Shown in pieces: positions 60,485 through 64,000 of a DNA stretch of 64,000 nucleotides; position 1 is the first letter of the stretch; the number at the start of each line of letters is the position of its first letter. The stretch comes from an uncultured Holophagales bacterium (lineage in GTDB: Bacteria > Acidobacteriota > Thermoanaerobaculia > Multivoradales > UBA5704). The notes beneath the pieces are model-generated. The model made no database searches. It had not been told where the DNA came from and was given only the letters and a program-made list of their open reading frames with translations. Both the position numbers and the translations under genes were made by a program. The stretch spans positions 96,001 through 160,000 of the forward strand of contig CAWJGT010000024.1 of assembly GCA_963842525.1 (NCBI GenBank), written 5' to 3'.

Positions 60485-62647
60485 ATGGGATTGACGGGCA
60501 CCGCTCGCACCGCTCGCGGCAATGCCGAACGCGCGCGGGTCGAGCAGGCGTTGCGCGAGTCGGAGGAGCGTTTCCGCAGCCTCTTCGACGGCATCCCCGT
60601 GGGCCTCTACCGCACGACGCCGGACGGCCGCATGCTCGACGCCAACGCCGCCCTGGTGGAGATCCTCGGCTATCCCAGCCGCGAGGAGCTCATGCAGGTC
60701 AGCGTGGGCGACATCTATTTCGACCCCGAGGACCGCCATCGGTGGCAGCGCGAGGTCCTGTCCGAAGAGCGGATCTACACCTTCGAGGCGCGGGTGCGGC
60801 GCTGGCAGGGCACGGTCATCTGGGTCCGCTTCAGCCTGCAGGCGTTTCGCGACCAGGAGGGCCGCATCCTCCGCTACGAAGGGGCGCTGGAGGACGTGAC
60901 CGCCCGCAAGGAGGCCGAAGCCGCGCTGCGCGCCAGCGAGGAGCGGTTCCGCGCGCTGGTGCAGAACGCCTCCGACCTGATCGCCATCCTGGAGGCGGAC
61001 GGCACCATCCGCTATGAGAGCCCCTCGCACCGGCGGGTCCTCGGCCATGCCCCGGAGCAGCTCCTGGGCAAGAGCTTCCTCGACCTCGTCCACCCCGAGG
61101 ACCGGCCGCGGGTCGCCGACGCCCTGCGCGGCCTCGGCGACCAGCCGGGGGAAATCGCGGCCGTCGAATACCGGCGGCGGCACAAGGACGGCGACTGGCG
61201 GTTCATCGAGTCGACCGTATCGAACCTGCTCGGCCATCCGGCGGTGGCCGGCATGGTCCTCAACTCGCACGACATCACCGACCGCAAGCGGGCCGAGGAG
61301 CGCCTCCTCCACGACGCCCTGCACGACGAGCTCACCGGCCTGCCGAACCGCACGCTGTTCATGGACCGCCTCACCCATGCCATGGACCGCTCGCGCCGCG
61401 AGCCCGGTCAATGGACGGCCGTGCTGTTCCTCGACATCGACCGCTTCAAGATCGTCAACGACAGCCTCGGCCATCTCGTCGGCGACGAGCTGTTGATCCA
61501 GATCGCGGGCACCCTGTCGTCGGCCCTGCGGCCGTCCGACACCATCGCGCGCATCGGCGGCGACGAGTTCGCCATCCTGCTCGAAGGGACCAAGAGCGTG
61601 CTCGACGCCGAGCACGTGGCGCAGCGCATCCACGAACGGTTGACGGCGCCGATCAATCTGCATGGCAACGAAGTGTTCCTCACCGCCAGCATCGGCATCG
61701 CGGTCCAGACGCCGGAGTACCAGAAGCCCGAGGAGCTGCTGCGCGATGCCGACACGGCCATGTACCGGGCCAAGGGGCAGGGGCCGGCCGGCCATGTGGT
61801 CTTCGACCGCGGCATGCACCAGCACATCATGGCGCGGCTGCAGCTCGAGACCGACCTGCGGCGGGCGCTGGAGCGCGGCCAGCTCCAGGTCTGGTACCAG
61901 CCGTTCATGGACCTGCGGACGGGCGAGGTGATGGGCTTCGAGGCCCTGCTGCGCTGGAGCCATCCGCGCCATGGCGTGCTCTCTCCCGACGAGTTCCTCA
62001 TGGTGGCCGAGGAGACCGGCCTCATCGTGCCCATCGGGCGTTTCGTCCTGGAGGAGGCCTGCCGGCAGATCCGCGGCCTGCAGGTCCGCTACCCCCGGCA
62101 CCGCCGCCTCAAGCTGAGCGTCAACCTGTCGAACAAGCAGTTCTTCCAGGCCGACCTCCTCGACCAGGTGCGCGAGGCCCTGGCCGTCTCCGGGCTCGAT
62201 CCGTCGTGCCTGGGCCTGGAGATCACCGAGGGGGTCATCCTCCAGCACGCCGACTCGGCGAGCACCCGCTTCGCCCGCCTCAAGTCGCTGGGCGTCCAGC
62301 TCTACATGGACGACTTCGGCAAGGGTTATTCCTCCCTGAACTACCTGCACCGCTTCCCGATGGACCTGCTGAAGATCGACCGCTCGTTCGTGTCGCGCCT
62401 GGAGGAGGGCCGGGCGAACCTGGCGATCCTGGAGGCGATCGTGACCCTCGCCCACCAACTCGGCATGGAGGTGGTCGCCGAAGGGCTGCAGACCGCGGGG
62501 CAGGTCCGGAAGATCCGCGCCCTGGGCTGCGAGTACGGGCAGGGTCACCTGTTCTCGCGTCCGCTGCCCGGCGACGAGATCGAAACCCTGCTCGCCGGCT
62601 TTCCCGGCGGGGAGCCGGCCCCTGCCGACTGGGAGCTCCCCGCCTAG
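60485..62647 (+). CDS. PAS-PAS-GGDEF-EAL c-di-GMP signalling protein
   Basis: Two PAS domains; DELTGLPNR, RIGGDEF, FEALLRW, DDFGKGYSSL, VVAEG. Confidence 0.95.
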   Translation: MGLTGTARTARGNAERARVEQALRESEERFRSLFDGIPVGLYRTTPDGRMLDANAALVEILGYPSREELMQVSVGDIYFDPEDRHRWQREVLSEERIYTFEARVRRWQGTVIWVRFSLQAFRDQEGRILRYEGALEDVTARKEAEAALRASEERFRALVQNASDLIAILEADGTIRYESPSHRRVLGHAPEQLLGKSFLDLVHPEDRPRVADALRGLGDQPGEIAAVEYRRRHKDGDWRFIESTVSNLLGHPAVAGMVLNSHDITDRKRAEERLLHDALHDELTGLPNRTLFMDRLTHAMDRSRREPGQWTAVLFLDIDRFKIVNDSLGHLVGDELLIQIAGTLSSALRPSDTIARIGGDEFAILLEGTKSVLDAEHVAQRIHERLTAPINLHGNEVFLTASIGIAVQTPEYQKPEELLRDADTAMYRAKGQGPAGHVVFDRGMHQHIMARLQLETDLRRALERGQLQVWYQPFMDLRTGEVMGFEALLRWSHPRHGVLSPDEFLMVAEETGLIVPIGRFVLEEACRQIRGLQVRYPRHRRLKLSVNLSNKQFFQADLLDQVREALAVSGLDPSCLGLEITEGVILQHADSASTRFARLKSLGVQLYMDDFGKGYSSLNYLHRFPMDLLKIDRSFVSRLEEGRANLAILEAIVTLAHQLGMEVVAEGLQTAGQVRKIRALGCEYGQGHLFSRPLPGDEIETLLAGFPGGEPAPADWELPA

Positions 62648-62653
62648 AATCGC

Positions 62654-64000
62654 CTAGAAAGCCGCTGTGTCCGCCCGGCTCGCCATTGTACCGGCCGGGT
62701 TGTGGTAGGTCTTCACCTTTCCGGAGAGCTTGTCGGTCACCGTGATCGTGTATCCGACAGCGCGCCGTAGAAGACCCAGTGCTTGCCGTTGACTGCGCGG
62801 CCGTCCAGGATCTTGATCAGCAGCTCCACGTTGTTCCGTTCGAAGAACCAGACATAGGCGCTGTCGGAGGTCAGCCCCACGGCCTCGCCCGACCCGGTCT
62901 GGCCGGTGCCCGGGATCCGCCAGGTGACGTCGACGCCGAATCGGCCGCCGTGCAGGCAGGGGAACCCGATCACGGGTGGACAGGCGAACGGCTCTGCGGC
63001 CGTGCTTTCCGGCGCAGGGAGCGACGCCACGGCGGACAGGGGCGGGCCGGAGCCCTCGAAGGCGCGCGTGTCCGCCTTGCTGGCCATCGTGCCGGCCGGG
63101 TTGTGGTAGACCTTCCGTTCGCCTGTGACAAGGTCGGTCACGGAGAGGTCGTATTCGACGTTCGAACAGGGCGCCGTAGAAGATCCAGAAATGATCGTTC
63201 AGGGCGCGGCCATCCAGGACCTTCACCACCAGCTCCAGGTTTTCCGGGCCGAAGAACCAGAAAGCGCCGGTGTCGCCGGTCAGGGGCACGGCTTGGCCGG
63301 CGCCGTTGCCGCCCGGGCCGCCCTGGAAGGCCACCTCGACACGGAAGCGGTTGCTCAGGCAGAGGCTGGAGGCGTCCGCCAGGCAGGTGGTGAAGCGCCG
63401 CGCGTAGAGGTTGCCGCCGCCGTCTTCGCCGGTCTCAGTCACCCAGGAGATCACCCAATCGCCCTGGCGCTCCACGACCCGGACGCCGGTCTGGTCGCCG
63501 GCGGTGTCGGCCGCGACGACGAAGGCGGGACCGAGCGGGCTCCCTTCGGCGTCGAAGAGGCGCGCCGACAGGTCGGCGTCCACGAGCGCGTCGTTCTGCG
63601 GGTCTTCATTGGACCAGACCACCAGGACGCGGCCGTCGTCATCCAGGGCGACCGCCTGGACGATCTGGTCGCCGCTGCCGCCCGCGGCGAGGATGGGGTC
63701 GCCGAACCGGCGCCCTTCGGAGTCGTACAGGCTCAGCCAGGCGTCCGCTCCCTGGTCCGGCGGAGACGGGAAGGCTCTGATCGACGTGGCCGTGGCAAAA
63801 CGGCCGTTCCGAACCGCAACCAAGTCGCCGAAGATCAAGTGGGGATCGCCGGTCCGCCTTCCCGCAGAATCGAAGGGTTGGAAATACACCTCGATGCTCC
63901 CCCCGCCGGAAACGCTCACGACGGGAAGGAAGCTTCCATCCTCCAGCGTCGCGGGAGCTTCGTTGACAAGCTCCCGGTGTACGAAGGGCGGGGTGGAAAA
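62654..64000 (-). CDS. probably secreted protein with duplicated C-terminal 'FWFF...NxELxxKxLDGR..N..FWxFYGAL' domain; 5' partial; frameshifts near 63165 and 62757
   Basis: Frame is open to the window edge; two copies of the ~90-aa module, each ending YHNPAGTMAS(K/R)ADT. Confidence 0.75.
   Translation of the reverse strand, partial: FSTPPFVHRELVNEAPATLEDGSFLPVVSVSGGGSIEVYFQPFDSAGRRTGDPHLIFGDLVAVRNGRFATATSIRAFPSPPDQGADAWLSLYDSEGRRFGDPILAAGGSGDQIVQAVALDDDGRVLVVWSNEDPQNDALVDADLSARLFDAEGSPLGPAFVVAADTAGDQTGVRVVERQGDWVISWVTETGEDGGGNLYARRFTTCLADASSLCLSNRFRVEVAFQGGPGGNGAGQAVPLTGDTGAFWFFGPENLELVVKVLDGRALNDHFWIFYGALFERRIRPLRDRPCHRRTEGLPQPGRHDGQQGGHARLRGLRPAPVRRGVAPCAGKHGRRAVRLSTRDRVPLPARRPIRRRRHLADPGHRPDRVGRGRGADLRQRLCLVLRTEQRGAADQDPGRPRSQRQALGLLRRAVGYTITVTDKLSGKVKTYHNPAGTMASRADTAAF

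Overview
GC-rich bacterial window. The gene families suggest Acidobacteriota, probably Thermoanaerobaculia (inference only). Many single-base frameshifts in otherwise intact genes point to long-read assembly errors. Left to right: (1) the end of a CHAT (caspase-like) protease gene with a TolB-like propeller and a membrane protein; (2) an 11-gene gas-vesicle (gvp) operon that lacks gvpN/gvpC but contains a tandem ArsA/Get3-type ATPase and a GAF-PAS histidine kinase/receiver pair; (3) an accessory regulatory block with two XRE HTH genes, a zinc-anti-sigma-like/TPR protein, a secreted peptide with a duplicated AGACIDP(D/N)G motif, a PCD-fold protein, ECF-sigma genes mixed with a toxin-like fragment, and an anti-sigma; (4) an amidohydrolase, an ABC-ATPase + TOPRIM-like pair, a rhomboid/NatAB-like ABC/VPS10 operon and a PIN toxin-antitoxin pair; (5) four tandem secreted trypsin-like/FGE-sulfatase (C-type lectin fold) paralogs whose C-termini resemble DGR variable regions; (6) a LolA-like protein, a second VPS10 protein, rpsU, a BamE-domain protein, a GAF protein, a lytic transglycosylase, a sulfatase-like protein, tRNA(CAT), a zinc-ribbon protein, yggS, DivIVA, TA modules and remnants, hutI, FKBP, argR, an ABC exporter, DUF1572, a PAS-GGDEF-EAL protein and a partial secreted protein. 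Three unrelated degenerate 21-bp-period arrays and REP-like palindromes lie between genes. Best candidates for undescribed biology: the peptide/ZAS-TPR/XRE module (possible peptide signalling), the pseudo-protease-CLec array (possible remote DGR targets) and the ArsA-containing gvp operon. All assignments are by eye from motifs; no database searches were run.
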